A stretch of 52,999 nt of DNA, taken from the IMG/VR virus record IMGVR_UViG_3300025127_000052, positions 1 through 52,999 of that record. The stretch is one strand, 5' to 3'. This document shows positions 42,656 to 52,800 of this stretch, piece by piece (the first letter of the stretch is position 1; each line of letters starts with the position of its first letter). The notes under the pieces are model-generated. The model was given only the letters and a program-made list of their open reading frames with translations. It had not been told where the DNA came from and did not search any database. This stretch comes from a virus. Its lineage: Duplodnaviria > Caudoviricetes. The position numbers and the translations under genes were made by a program.

Positions 42656-44227
42656 TTATCCTTTAATGATCCAATTTAGGTCGTGAGTTTTTCCATCGTT
42701 GCCTTTAAAGGTTGTCTTTTGTCCCTTAAAGCCATGTTGTCCATATATCTTAGTATTAAGTTTGGTAGACGATACGGATATACTCGTTAATAGTGCCTTT
42801 TTGTAATCTGCCTCCCGCTGGTTTGCCGTTAAGGCTGTTCCTCTTACCCAGCAACCAATACAAGCCGCAATCACCAGGTCGTCGTTGTAACTCCTCATGG
42901 CTTGCGGTCTTCCGTTGTGCCATACAAATGTTTTGATTTCATTCGCAAGTCGCACGGAATTAATAGTAATTAGTTTATTTCTGACGAATTCTTCAAACTT
43001 CGCAATAACAAGTGGTCTAGTTTTCATAGACATCGTAAAACCAGCCACCCCTCCGAGAGCATGAGCAGACACTTCATCAACATATTCATGTGTTGATTTT
43101 ATACTATAATACAAATTTTTATAGTCTAAATCTTGTAGTCGGGTTAGGACTCCGATACCCAATGAGTTGTTTTCTATAATCAACAAAGCATTATTGTACT
43201 CAGAAGCAATGGAATAGAGCAAAGGAGCAAACATATCAGGAGTTATTTTTCCCTGATATTCCGCTACCTGGGTCATACTCTGGACATCAAACACATGAGC
43301 AACACTAAAATCTGAACCGTCTCCACGAGCAACGTCAGCCACTAAAATATATTCACTATGCGGATTAGGTTCTTGCCAGATCCAATAATTACGATCAAAC
43401 CCTGTCTGATGTTTAGGATCGCTTATGTTTTCAAGTATAAGTTTGAGGTCATCCCCGTGAACCACTGTATCGCCTGAAGCGTTGAAGTTACATTCAAGTT
43501 CCTGTGCGATCTCACGACGTGACATGTTTCTAGTTTCTTTTTCAAACCATGCCTGGTCTCGCTCTGGGTGTACTTGCCAAGGTAGACGAATAGTGTGGAA
43601 ATCATTCTTACCCTCTTGTGCCTCTGTATAAGTTTTATGAAACCAATTACCAACACCATTAGGAGTAGACAAAGCGATACAACGACCACCAGTAGATAGC
43701 GTAGGGTAAAGACCAGCCCATAGCTCGTCAATGCCCTCAACAAAAGCCGCTTCGTCGATTACCAACAAAGACAAAGCTTCTGAACGTCCTGCGTCGCCAG
43801 ATGTCGAGGAAGCTTTGACCATCGACCCGTTTGAAAGTTCGAAAGAGTTCCTGTTGTCAATAGCGATATCAGATATTTTCAGCCAAGGCGGAAGATTTTT
43901 ATGTATTGCCTTGATCTTTTTTACAAGATTAGCCGCAGTTCCAAGCTTAGTAGCAACCACCAGGACATTCTTGTCTTTATGGAATAACATAAGCCACGCC
44001 ACATAAGCTGCGACCGTAGTTGAAATTCCTAGCTGGCGGGCCTTTAGAATTACGCTAAATCGGTTTTCTTTAAAATCTGTTAGAGCTTCCTCCTGGAAGT
44101 CATAAAGATCAAAAGGTATAGAGCCCCTCATGGGGTGAGAAATTTTTGCGTACTTTTTACAGAAGAAAGCAGGATCCTTACCGCAGCGGACGATCTCCGC
44201 CATCATTTCCTTCTTGTTCAGAGACAT
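42656..44227 (-). CDS. terminase large subunit (T4 gp17-like)
   Basis: LYDFQ, KARQLGIST, IDEAAF, STPNG, ADVARGDGSDFS and DDLVIA. Confidence 0.95.
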   Translation of the reverse strand: MSLNKKEMMAEIVRCGKDPAFFCKKYAKISHPMRGSIPFDLYDFQEEALTDFKENRFSVILKARQLGISTTVAAYVAWLMLFHKDKNVLVVATKLGTAANLVKKIKAIHKNLPPWLKISDIAIDNRNSFELSNGSMVKASSTSGDAGRSEALSLLVIDEAAFVEGIDELWAGLYPTLSTGGRCIALSTPNGVGNWFHKTYTEAQEGKNDFHTIRLPWQVHPERDQAWFEKETRNMSRREIAQELECNFNASGDTVVHGDDLKLILENISDPKHQTGFDRNYWIWQEPNPHSEYILVADVARGDGSDFSVAHVFDVQSMTQVAEYQGKITPDMFAPLLYSIASEYNNALLIIENNSLGIGVLTRLQDLDYKNLYYSIKSTHEYVDEVSAHALGGVAGFTMSMKTRPLVIAKFEEFVRNKLITINSVRLANEIKTFVWHNGRPQAMRSYNDDLVIAACIGCWVRGTALTANQREADYKKALLTSISVSSTKLNTKIYGQHGFKGQKTTFKGNDGKTHDLNWIIKG

Positions 44228-44803
44228 TTAGCCCTCTGGCGTTTCTGGGTTCTTCTTAGCCTTGTCGTTAGAAGCCTTTTTAGCCTTGGCTGTTTCAAAG
44301 AAGTCCTTAAACTGTTGATGATAGTCTTTATGGCGACGATCGGCAGCACGAGTTGACCCCATGCGAAGTGCCTCAACGCCATCAAAACCACCAATTGCGT
44401 ACTGCTTCTTAGCCTGAACCCAAGTGTGATTACGAGATGTGGTCTGTACCATTATGTCGGTTTGAGGTGAGTCGTCCTCTAATGTTACAGATTCTTTAGT
44501 AATCCCTTTGTATTCTTTCTTAAGGAACTTAATAATATCTCCAAATTTAGCTTCGATTTCGTTTTCAAACTTATTACGAGGATGAAGATCCTCAACACGC
44601 ATTTCAGCCTGATATGTGACGATCATTTTAGGACCGGCAAAACGTACTTTGAAGCCATCAATAAGACGACTGTCGATAATTGGATGTCCCTCTTCTCGGT
44701 TCAAACCAGTCTGTAGGTTTTCTCCGTTTTCGTCCAAAGCACCGTCATAGGCATTAGCCGCTGCCTGGTTCAAACCTTTAATTACATCTAGGACACTAGC
44801 CAT
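44228..44803 (-). CDS. hypothetical protein upstream of terminase
   Basis: 191 aa abutting terL; SD AAGGAG. Confidence 0.65.
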   Translation of the reverse strand: MASVLDVIKGLNQAAANAYDGALDENGENLQTGLNREEGHPIIDSRLIDGFKVRFAGPKMIVTYQAEMRVEDLHPRNKFENEIEAKFGDIIKFLKKEYKGITKESVTLEDDSPQTDIMVQTTSRNHTWVQAKKQYAIGGFDGVEALRMGSTRAADRRHKDYHQQFKDFFETAKAKKASNDKAKKNPETPEG

Positions 44804-45225
44804 TATTTTCTTCTCCTTAAGGCATATTCAATATGCTCATCTGTTGGTCGCTCGCCGTTCTTCCATGCTTCTTCACGATATTCGATGAAATCTATATAAC
44901 AATCGTAACAGCATTTAAACCTATTCATATATAGGTCGTCCTTCCTGGAAAATGAATATGTTTTACAGACCGGACAAGTGCGGTCTTGTTTTTGGCGTGC
45001 TCTTCTTTTTGTAATCTTAATATCGCCTACGGTAATCTCATCTTGCTCTTTGGATAATTGATCTGACTTAATGCGCATTTCCCGAAGCTGATTAAGGTAA
45101 TCTTTTTCTTTTCCCTCTTCCCATTCATTGCGGAAATCCTGAACCGTATCCTTTCCGTATTTCTCGGCAATCGCCTTCTCTACGGCGGCGATGGTATTTG
45201 GATCTTTTCTAGTTTTTAACTTCAC
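44803..45225 (-). CDS. hypothetical zinc-finger protein
   Basis: Likely GTG start overlapping the upstream TGA; CPVC...CCYDC. Confidence 0.6.
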   Translation of the reverse strand: MKLKTRKDPNTIAAVEKAIAEKYGKDTVQDFRNEWEEGKEKDYLNQLREMRIKSDQLSKEQDEITVGDIKITKRRARQKQDRTCPVCKTYSFSRKDDLYMNRFKCCYDCYIDFIEYREEAWKNGERPTDEHIEYALRRRK

Positions 45226-45596
45226 TGGTTGACCGCCTTGACAATAGCTATGGTTGTACCTACTCCGATTACTAGTCCGGACAATATTCCAATAGCTCCC
45301 TTGTTTCGGCGAAGCCAAGTATTATCTTTTTTTATGGTCTCTTGTAAGTCCTTGATAGATGATTTGTATGTGTTTTGTAGTTGGATACAAACTTTTCTAT
45401 CAACGTTACACTCAGCTATCTTAGCGTTGGTGTCAATTTTGTACTGTAGGAGCTTGCGAAAATCTTCTTCGCTAAGTAGTATCCCAACATATGTGTCGGA
45501 ACCTTCCTCAACTGCTGCTGGACGAGGTTTGAATTCAGTGACCTCGCCCGCAGTAGCAGTAAGAGAAAGCATCAATATTATAACCAATATTCTCAT
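45222..45596 (-). CDS. secreted / membrane coiled-coil protein (spanin-like architecture)
   Basis: Signal peptide (ATA|G), coiled coil and C-terminal transmembrane segment; no lipobox Cys. Confidence 0.55.
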   Translation of the reverse strand: MRILVIILMLSLTATAGEVTEFKPRPAAVEEGSDTYVGILLSEEDFRKLLQYKIDTNAKIAECNVDRKVCIQLQNTYKSSIKDLQETIKKDNTWLRRNKGAIGILSGLVIGVGTTIAIVKAVNQ

Positions 45597-45597
45597 T

Positions 45598-46734
45598 TTA
45601 TTTCTTTAGAAACTTTTTAAGACCCTCGATACGTTTTGCTGGGCGCTTCAGCCCACTGACCAGGGTGTAAGTTACAAGCTTGTCCTTTTTATCATCCTCA
45701 TAAATGCCACGGTGAACCATGGCACCACCAGTCAAAGCAGCCAATGTATCGAAACCAAATTCAATGTTATCCATCAAGCCAACAGTCTCTTCAAAGATCT
45801 CTTCGCTACCAACAACAATACAAGCAGCACCTGTAGCAGTTGTCAAGTCGAAACCTTCAGCAAGAAGTGTTTTCTCTAGATTCTTTTTAAGAGCACTGGA
45901 GACAGCAGTTTCGTTTTCAAGGTTCTTAACGCTGGTAACACCCATAATCATACAGCCTGGTTGTTTCATAATACTGTCGTAATCAGTAGCATCAAAGGTC
46001 GTGTATTCTGAGTCTTGGTTTGCCAGGACGTTGAAGACATGAAACAAGCCGGCGACTGTATTGTTGATTGTTGTCCAGAACTTTTTGACTGTGAGTTTTG
46101 GATATAGTTTTTTAATCTTTTCATTGTCCACCATAATAAGGGGAGCAATCTTTCCTTTTTCTGCGAGCCCGCAAAGTTGGGTGATGCGAGCATGAGCATT
46201 CTTGGCTACCGTTGGGGAAGCTGATTCGCCAGCAGTTGGAAGGGAAGCAATGACACCAACACGCTCATCAACGTTCTCAACGCCGATGTAGGTAAAGTAC
46301 TTCTTGGCTACTTTGATCAGAGTGTTGACTGTGCCGCCACCTGAACCGCCAGATACACCAAGACAAATCAAGATGCGATCAACGTTGCTGCCGAATACTT
46401 CACGGAATTTGTTGAACACTTCTTGTTCTTTGCGCTCAATAGCTGCTTCGGCTTTGGCTTGGTCTTTACCAGCACCTTGGTCGCCGTGCTCATCCACCAA
46501 AAACTTTTGTTCTTCAGGGATGTCAAGACCATTAAGATCAGAGCGGGCAGTGTTGACTGCTAGCATTTTTGTATAGCCCATGTCATAAAATGCTTTAGCA
46601 ATGCGTCCGCCGCCTTGACCAGCGCCGACAATGGCATAAGTTAAAGCACCACCTGATTTGTCTTCAACCGTTTCCTGTTCCTCGTTGAGGTCTGGATCGT
46701 AATCTTCGATGTCTAGTGTAGGAATGTCTACCAT
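45598..46734 (-). CDS. tubulin/FtsZ-family GTPase (PhuZ/TubZ/CetZ-like)
   Basis: IVGAGQGGGRIA, AVNTA..DL, GAGKD, GVSGGSGGG, LP..GE, VDN and T7-like FDATD. Confidence 0.9.
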   Translation of the reverse strand: MVDIPTLDIEDYDPDLNEEQETVEDKSGGALTYAIVGAGQGGGRIAKAFYDMGYTKMLAVNTARSDLNGLDIPEEQKFLVDEHGDQGAGKDQAKAEAAIERKEQEVFNKFREVFGSNVDRILICLGVSGGSGGGTVNTLIKVAKKYFTYIGVENVDERVGVIASLPTAGESASPTVAKNAHARITQLCGLAEKGKIAPLIMVDNEKIKKLYPKLTVKKFWTTINNTVAGLFHVFNVLANQDSEYTTFDATDYDSIMKQPGCMIMGVTSVKNLENETAVSSALKKNLEKTLLAEGFDLTTATGAACIVVGSEEIFEETVGLMDNIEFGFDTLAALTGGAMVHRGIYEDDKKDKLVTYTLVSGLKRPAKRIEGLKKFLKK

Positions 46735-46747
46735 TTTACTAGTCTCC

Positions 46748-47062
46748 TTATAAATCTAGTTCTTCGTGTAGTCTAATTAGAGCCTTTAATCTTTCTTCAC
46801 GATCTTCAATCTTTTTTGTTTCATTGATTTTGCGATCGTAGATTTTCTTAATGGCTCCAATCTTATCTTTTTCTAGTGTAGCACGAATTTCGTTTTCTTT
46901 AATAGCTGCTGTAACATTTGCTTGTACAGCCTCTAAAAGACGAGTCTTATTCTTGGTTGGTCGAATTATATTGTAGAGAAAAACAATCATCCCTAAACCC
47001 ATTACAACCACAAAGATAACCTTCCAGGCTCCTTGTTTTATTTTTAACCATAACCAATTCAT
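46748..47062 (-). CDS. N-terminal membrane-anchored coiled-coil protein (i-spanin-like architecture)
   Basis: One N-terminal TM helix followed by a charged coiled coil. Confidence 0.55.
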   Translation of the reverse strand: MNWLWLKIKQGAWKVIFVVVMGLGMIVFLYNIIRPTKNKTRLLEAVQANVTAAIKENEIRATLEKDKIGAIKKIYDRKINETKKIEDREERLKALIRLHEELDL

Positions 47063-47250
47063 TTACCATGCTTCCAAGTGGCAGCAATATCAGCAGCGCC
47101 CTGTAAACCAATGTAAGCTAAAGACACAGCAACCCAATCGCTGCTAGTCAATGAACCTACTGCTAAAAAAACCGTGGCTGTACCCCAAACAATAAGCTTG
47201 CGAGAAGCCCACTTTCCAAGTGCTTTATCAATTTTTTCTTGCATAGTCAT
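47059..47250 (-). CDS. putative holin
   Basis: 63 aa with two TM segments; SRKLIVW and YIGLQG; two Met at the start (MTM). Confidence 0.6.
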   Translation of the reverse strand: MTMQEKIDKALGKWASRKLIVWGTATVFLAVGSLTSSDWVAVSLAYIGLQGAADIAATWKHGK

Positions 47251-47272
47251 AGCACCTCCTCAGTAACTATAA

Positions 47273-47476
47273 TTAGTTCTGGGGATTTCTTTTGGCTCGT
47301 TGATGAAGTTGTGTATCGCTCGCACGAACACGAATAACCTGTCCATTGTAACTTACTGTTGCAACTTTTTCCCAAGTATGATATTCTAGCAATAGACCAA
47401 CCTTCCACTCAGAATATACTTTTGGCGTGCCGTGGAATGTACACTCTCTAAATCTTATAAGATCTCCAGCCTTCAT
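47273..47476 (-). CDS. small hypothetical protein, MKxGDL-type
   Basis: 67 aa, coupled to the upstream ORF. Confidence 0.55.
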   Translation of the reverse strand: MKAGDLIRFRECTFHGTPKVYSEWKVGLLLEYHTWEKVATVSYNGQVIRVRASDTQLHQRAKRNPQN

Positions 47477-47670
47477 GCTCTTGAGACCACAACCAAATCT
47501 TTTTCATGAATTTCATATGATCCCACGAGTCCGTAGCTGAGTTCCCACTCTTCAGCACACCAACTAACAACCCAATGCTCAGGTGTCGAGTGCTTACTTA
47601 TAATGAGTCCGTACCCTCCCGAACCATCAGGATCGAATATGTTACTTTGTACCAAATCGCCTGGCTTCAT
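47473..47670 (-). CDS. small hypothetical protein, MKxGDLV-type
   Basis: 65 aa, SD GAGG. Confidence 0.55.
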   Translation of the reverse strand: MKPGDLVQSNIFDPDGSGGYGLIISKHSTPEHWVVSWCAEEWELSYGLVGSYEIHEKDLVVVSRA

Positions 47671-48115
47671 ACTTCCTCACTCTTCGCAAAAACACTTGTT
47701 GATTGTGTTCAGATTTCATTGAACTTATTTCGGTCGTAGGACAATTTAAAGATTGATGCATGGGCGCTTTCATAGTTGATCCACGATCCTTTACACCAAC
47801 AGACAAACCACAAGATGGTGAATTGGCTATGCCTATAAATCCTACAACATCATCATATCTTGTAGATAGTTCTTGACACTTACCCTTAAGGCTAGAATAT
47901 ACTTCCTCTTTTCCCATAATTGCCAAAACTTCGTCACCTTTTTGACGCAGGCGAATTGATTTTCTTGGAGTACCAAACAGTTCATGTTCAGGACAAATCG
48001 GAATAAGGTCAAAATTATTCTCTTCAGCCCACTTTTTAATCTCGTCACTGTGACGATTCGTTCCGTTCCACCTTACATTTTTTCCAAACACACAGGCGCT
48101 TATCAATATTTTCAT
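47642..48115 (-). CDS. DUF523 / 2-thiouracil desulfidase (TudS)-like protein
   Basis: ILISAC..G.NVRWNG, PICPE, GTPR and SPSCG. Confidence 0.8.
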   Translation of the reverse strand: MKILISACVFGKNVRWNGTNRHSDEIKKWAEENNFDLIPICPEHELFGTPRKSIRLRQKGDEVLAIMGKEEVYSSLKGKCQELSTRYDDVVGFIGIANSPSCGLSVGVKDRGSTMKAPMHQSLNCPTTEISSMKSEHNQQVFLRRVRKYEARRFGTK

Positions 48116-48606
48116 TTTACATTTAAATATTTTCTATAAGTTGTTGGTAGGTTATCGTAGTATGTTGTTTTTTGTAGAGCCCTATGAGACCGACTAAGAT
48201 GATCTGTATAAGCCATGTTAATCAAAAAACAAGGAGCCTTGGATCTTGGATTGTAACCCTCTACCTCCAGATCATCATTTGGGTTAAAACACAAAGCAAG
48301 AACATTACCATTACCACTCTCTTCTAGAATAATATTAATAAACTCTTGGTACCCTTTTGTTTCCGTCTTTTTGACATCTGTATTTGGCTGGGCTATCAAC
48401 GCACTCCTTTTTCCAGAACGTATAAATCGGAGGACAACATCCATAAGCGTGTCTTTTGGTGCTTCAAAAATATCCAAGTGAAGTTGGTCTGCTAGTCTGT
48501 CAGCCTTTACAAAAGGGCAGACTGCGAATCCTGAAAACTCGGGACGCTTTTCTTCTAGGATATTGATGACGTAATCAGTCATCTGTTTTATTAATTGTTC
48601 CCTCAC
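48112..48606 (-). CDS. DUF1415-like protein
   Basis: GFAVCPF, FNP.D and AP.FLI. Confidence 0.5.
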   Translation of the reverse strand: MREQLIKQMTDYVINILEEKRPEFSGFAVCPFVKADRLADQLHLDIFEAPKDTLMDVVLRFIRSGKRSALIAQPNTDVKKTETKGYQEFINIILEESGNGNVLALCFNPNDDLEVEGYNPRSKAPCFLINMAYTDHLSRSHRALQKTTYYDNLPTTYRKYLNVK

Positions 48607-49046
48607 TTTTTAATTCCTTCAACATAATATACTGATTCGCACATATAAAGCTGAGCATAGTTTATGGCTTGGAGCCTTAGCGAGCCGAACACCATATCTG
48701 GTTGATCTTGATGACTGGAGATGATCCAGTCCATTTGCATCTCCCAGAAAGCAGCATCGTTACAATCAAAGTTGGTTCTGGTGGTACAACTGTTAGGTTC
48801 CCAATTACTAACGTTTAGAGAGCAACCAGCCTGATCGTCGGGTGGCATCGGGGCTCCATCAACCAACTCGGTTTCTATAGATTCCCATACCCTACCACAG
48901 TCACCGCCGTGTTGTGTGAGCCGTAGTTCATAAAGTCCATTCTGCGTATCTTGTCCAACAACACAGTCTCGCTCTTTGGCATCGCCACACGCAACTAGTA
49001 ATATAATACAAGCAGCAATTTTATTGATTGACATAAGCATACCCAT
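48603..49046 (-). CDS. Cys-rich lipoprotein
   Basis: Lipobox LLVAC followed by several further Cys. Confidence 0.6.
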   Translation of the reverse strand: MGMLMSINKIAACIILLVACGDAKERDCVVGQDTQNGLYELRLTQHGGDCGRVWESIETELVDGAPMPPDDQAGCSLNVSNWEPNSCTTRTNFDCNDAAFWEMQMDWIISSHQDQPDMVFGSLRLQAINYAQLYMCESVYYVEGIKK

Positions 49047-49060
49047 TTTTAATAGTCATT

Positions 49061-49831
49061 TTAATTGGATCGTCTTCGTCGCCAAACCCTCATAGATTTA
49101 ACAGGTGAATTCCACACACCAGGAATTCCTTTGGTCCAACGATTGAGATCAAGAGTGTCTCTAAATATATCAACGCAACGACCACAGAGTACCTTGCCTG
49201 ATCCTATTCCTTTTTTGCTCATGTTTTGAAAATAAGCATTGGGATCTCTTTTTTGAGACGTTTTTTTATAACACAGTCTACAATGCCCAGCCCCATTACA
49301 AGATTTAAATTTTGACATTTTTTTAGGAGGTACTACTTTATGGAACTCATGATGACACTCTCGGCACAACAAAACAAGGTCACTCATCTTTTCAACAAGA
49401 AGCCGCTGGTAAGTCCTGTGATGTACTTGGTTTGCTTCTTTTGATCCACATACCTCACAACAAGGATTCTTTTTTAGGTTTATAAATTTTTCTCGTTTGC
49501 GTTGCCACATCTTACTTCTCATATATTCTTTATGAGTCATTTGATTCATAACTTCTTGCATCTCAGCTTCTGTGATAATATGATCCTTTTCATTTGGACC
49601 TGCCATTACAATTTTTAATTGATGTTCTGCGAGATGATCTTCTTTTGTCTTTTTAGTCTTGATAGTTTTTATTTTTTCGGGCGGCTGCTTTTGTGCAAGC
49701 CTGGCAGCCTCTATTTGCTCTTCCATAGCAGCCGACTCTCGTTGACGTCGTTCTTTGGATTTACGGCACCTTCTTCGTCTTAGTGCGCTACTGTGATACA
49801 TAAGCATACCCATCTTGACGTTCAATGTCAA
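49061..49831 (-). CDS. HNH endonuclease with extra zinc-finger motifs (start uncertain)
   Basis: CEVCG...VHHRTY...DLVLLCRECH..FH; CRLC and CGRC. Confidence 0.75.
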   Translation of the reverse strand: MTLNVKMGMLMYHSSALRRRRCRKSKERRQRESAAMEEQIEAARLAQKQPPEKIKTIKTKKTKEDHLAEHQLKIVMAGPNEKDHIITEAEMQEVMNQMTHKEYMRSKMWQRKREKFINLKKNPCCEVCGSKEANQVHHRTYQRLLVEKMSDLVLLCRECHHEFHKVVPPKKMSKFKSCNGAGHCRLCYKKTSQKRDPNAYFQNMSKKGIGSGKVLCGRCVDIFRDTLDLNRWTKGIPGVWNSPVKSMRVWRRRRSN

Positions 49832-52800
49832 TAGTCATATCGGCAATATCTTTGAGACTATCCAAGTGTGTAATCAAAAGCACAGTCTTGTAGTAACCCT
49901 TGATCATTTCCATCACTCGCATAAAGCCTTCAAGGTTTTCGGCGTCCAACGCTGTGCCTGGTTCGTCCATAATCATAATGTCTGATTTTGGTAGGGTTGA
50001 TACATTAGTCAGGGCAATACGAATGGCAATTGCTGCCAGCGTCTTCTCTGCTCCAGAAGCCATCTCTAAAGGTCGTGCTTCGTACTTTGGATGCTTGATG
50101 AAGATGTCTAGCTTATTCTTTTCTGCCTCGAAGAAGATATCAAAGTCGGTAACGTTGGCCAGCACTGTGCTAACCTCTTCGTTAATAAGAGGGAGCATCC
50201 GCTTCACAACATCATAGCTGATTCCGTTACTGTGGGTACAACGCATGAATAAATCATAGGCAGCGTATTCTGTACGCAAATCTTCAAGCTCTTGCTTTTT
50301 AGCCCGGAGATTAATAATCTGTTGCTCAATGCCACCGTGCTGCTTAATGAAGTCCATGATCTTGGCTTCACAAATAGACAACTCGTTCTCGGCTAGCACT
50401 TTCTGATCAGCTAGATCGGACTGTTCTTGAATAAGCTCCTCACGGTTCTCAATAGCTTCTTTGTTGTCTTCGTAAGTCTGGATCCGTTCGGAAGCAGTCT
50501 TGATATCATTAGTAAGCGTATTGATTTCATTGTTTGTTTTTTCTACCAGCAAATCTAGGCTGGTTGCTTCAGTTGACAAATCTCTCTGCTTTTCCAGAAG
50601 TTTCTCGTACTTTTCCTTCTGAGAACGTAGACTATCAACGTTCATCTCGGACAGTGTTTCGTTCCTTAATCTAAGGTCAGTCTGAAGATTGTAGATTGTA
50701 ATCCGAGCCTCTGACAATAACTGCTTTGCTTCATAAGCATCTTTGATATACTTGCGCAGACCACAGTCAGGACCGCAGGGTACTTCGTCCAGTACGCTTA
50801 GCTTTTTCTCATAAGTCTCTTTGTTACGAGTCTCGATCTTAAGACTTGTCTCTAGTTCTCTAATTTCTTCCTTGATAGTCAGAACTTCAGCGATCTTAGA
50901 TTCTAGAGCATCACTATCATACTCAGACAAAAACTCCTTGATATTAGCTAGTTTGTCTAGAATCCGCTCTTTCTTTGTTTGTGCGCCGGCGATGCGGAGT
51001 TCGCAGTCTTCCAGTTTCTTAGTTGCTTTTGTGAGTAGCTTGTTTTCCTTTTTGATATTAATAATCTCAACAGGAGCAGCAGCAAAGAGGCTTTCTATTT
51101 CATCGACACGGGCAGTAATTTTGTTTAGTTTATTCTTAAACTTTTTACAAGCCTTCTCTTGCTTTGTCTTTTCAGTCTCGTTGTTCTCTAGTTGAGTCTC
51201 AAGGGTAACAATGTCCTCATCAAATGTGTTGTCTTCCAGCTTCTTGAGCAAGGCACGAGTCTCTATGCTATCACTCTTAGCAAGCTTAAACTTCTTATCA
51301 AATTGATCAAGGTCTAAGAACTTGGCTAGGATTTCTTTACGCTTGGTCGAACCCTCGTTGATAAATGTCATCGCACCCATCTGACTGGACATGCTGGTCA
51401 GTAAAAAATCATCAAGACTACCGAAGATCTTACGGATGGCTTTGTCTGTGCCATTGCGATCCAGTGAGTTCATACTGACTTCTTCATCAGTAGCTGGATC
51501 AATCATCGTAAACTCTACGTCGGTCTTAGCCTCTTCTGTTTCTTCGCCGTGAAGCTTTTTAGTATACTTTTCAGACTTACGCTCAATGATATATGTTTTA
51601 CCCGCAACATCAATCTCAACTCGACCACAACCTGATGATTTATTCTGATTGATAATATTCAGATTCTTACGATTATTCTTGCTGATAGAATTATAAATTG
51701 TGTATAGCGCACTATCAATAATAGAGCTTTTGCCCGAATAGTTCTTTCCAAAGATCCCGACGACGCCGCTAAGCTTTTCGAAGTTTACAGTATTCGCTTC
51801 TCCATAATTAAAGAGATTGTCAAACTGCATGTTCTTTAGCGACCACTTTACATTACGATGACTTGCGTCTTCGCCATTGACTCGGGCATCATATCTGGAA
51901 TTAAGTTGGAAGACTTTTTCCAAGGTCTTGGTGTCAGGTTCATACTCTTTTAAGTATTCCCGTATAAGTCGTTCTTGGACTTGCGGGTCACGAAGATTCT
52001 CTGTGCTGCCCAGATCATCCACATCTACACTAGATCGCTTGAGTCCAGCTTTATTGACAAAAGATAAACTCTCAGGCTTAAATCTGCTTTTAGCAGTATC
52101 CATCACACGTCGAATCTTATCTAACGATACTTTATGATGAGTAACAATACGCAGGCGGCAACCCTCTTGAATATCCAAGTTGCGTGGCATGTTACCTTTG
52201 GGTGTAAGCTCAATCGTAGTGAATGGCTTAGGATTCTCTAGGACGTGGTGGTTGACCTCGTAATTGGTCTTGTCCTCAATATCCCAAATCAAAAAGCCCT
52301 TGTCGTTTGTCTCGCCGTGATTCTGCTGAATAGTAGAGCCACAATAGCGAATTGTCCCTGAGTCATTGAGACACTGATTAGTCTTGTGGATATCTCCAAG
52401 GAACGCATAATCAAACTTATCAAAGACTGAAACGTCATGGTCGCCGTGGTCCATAATCCAGCCAAGGTCTGTTCGGCTGTTATTGACTGCGCCGTGATAC
52501 AGAGCGATATTGATGCGATCAGTATCTGTCGGATCGGTCCAGTTGGTTTCATCAAAGACCGATAAGACGTTTAGTGTAACGTTATGATCTAATTTTACTT
52601 CCCCTGAAAACTTGTGTAGGTGAAGGTCTGGATGATCCAAGGCATCCACAATTGGAGTGATGGCGTCCTGGCGAGTGCTGTTTCGCAGGTTGCCGTCGTG
52701 ATTGCCCAAGATGATATGAGTTGGAGCGATGTCTGCTAGGTTCTTTAGGAACTCTGTAGCCAACTCAAAGTACTCTGGTGAAAGCTGTGTCTTTGTGTGG

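Noticed and set aside
45598-46734. Nucleus-forming (Chimalliviridae) phage inferred from the tubulin
   Set aside because: No recognisable chimallin or multisubunit RNA polymerase here, and the virion genes are T4-like; it cannot be excluded outside the window
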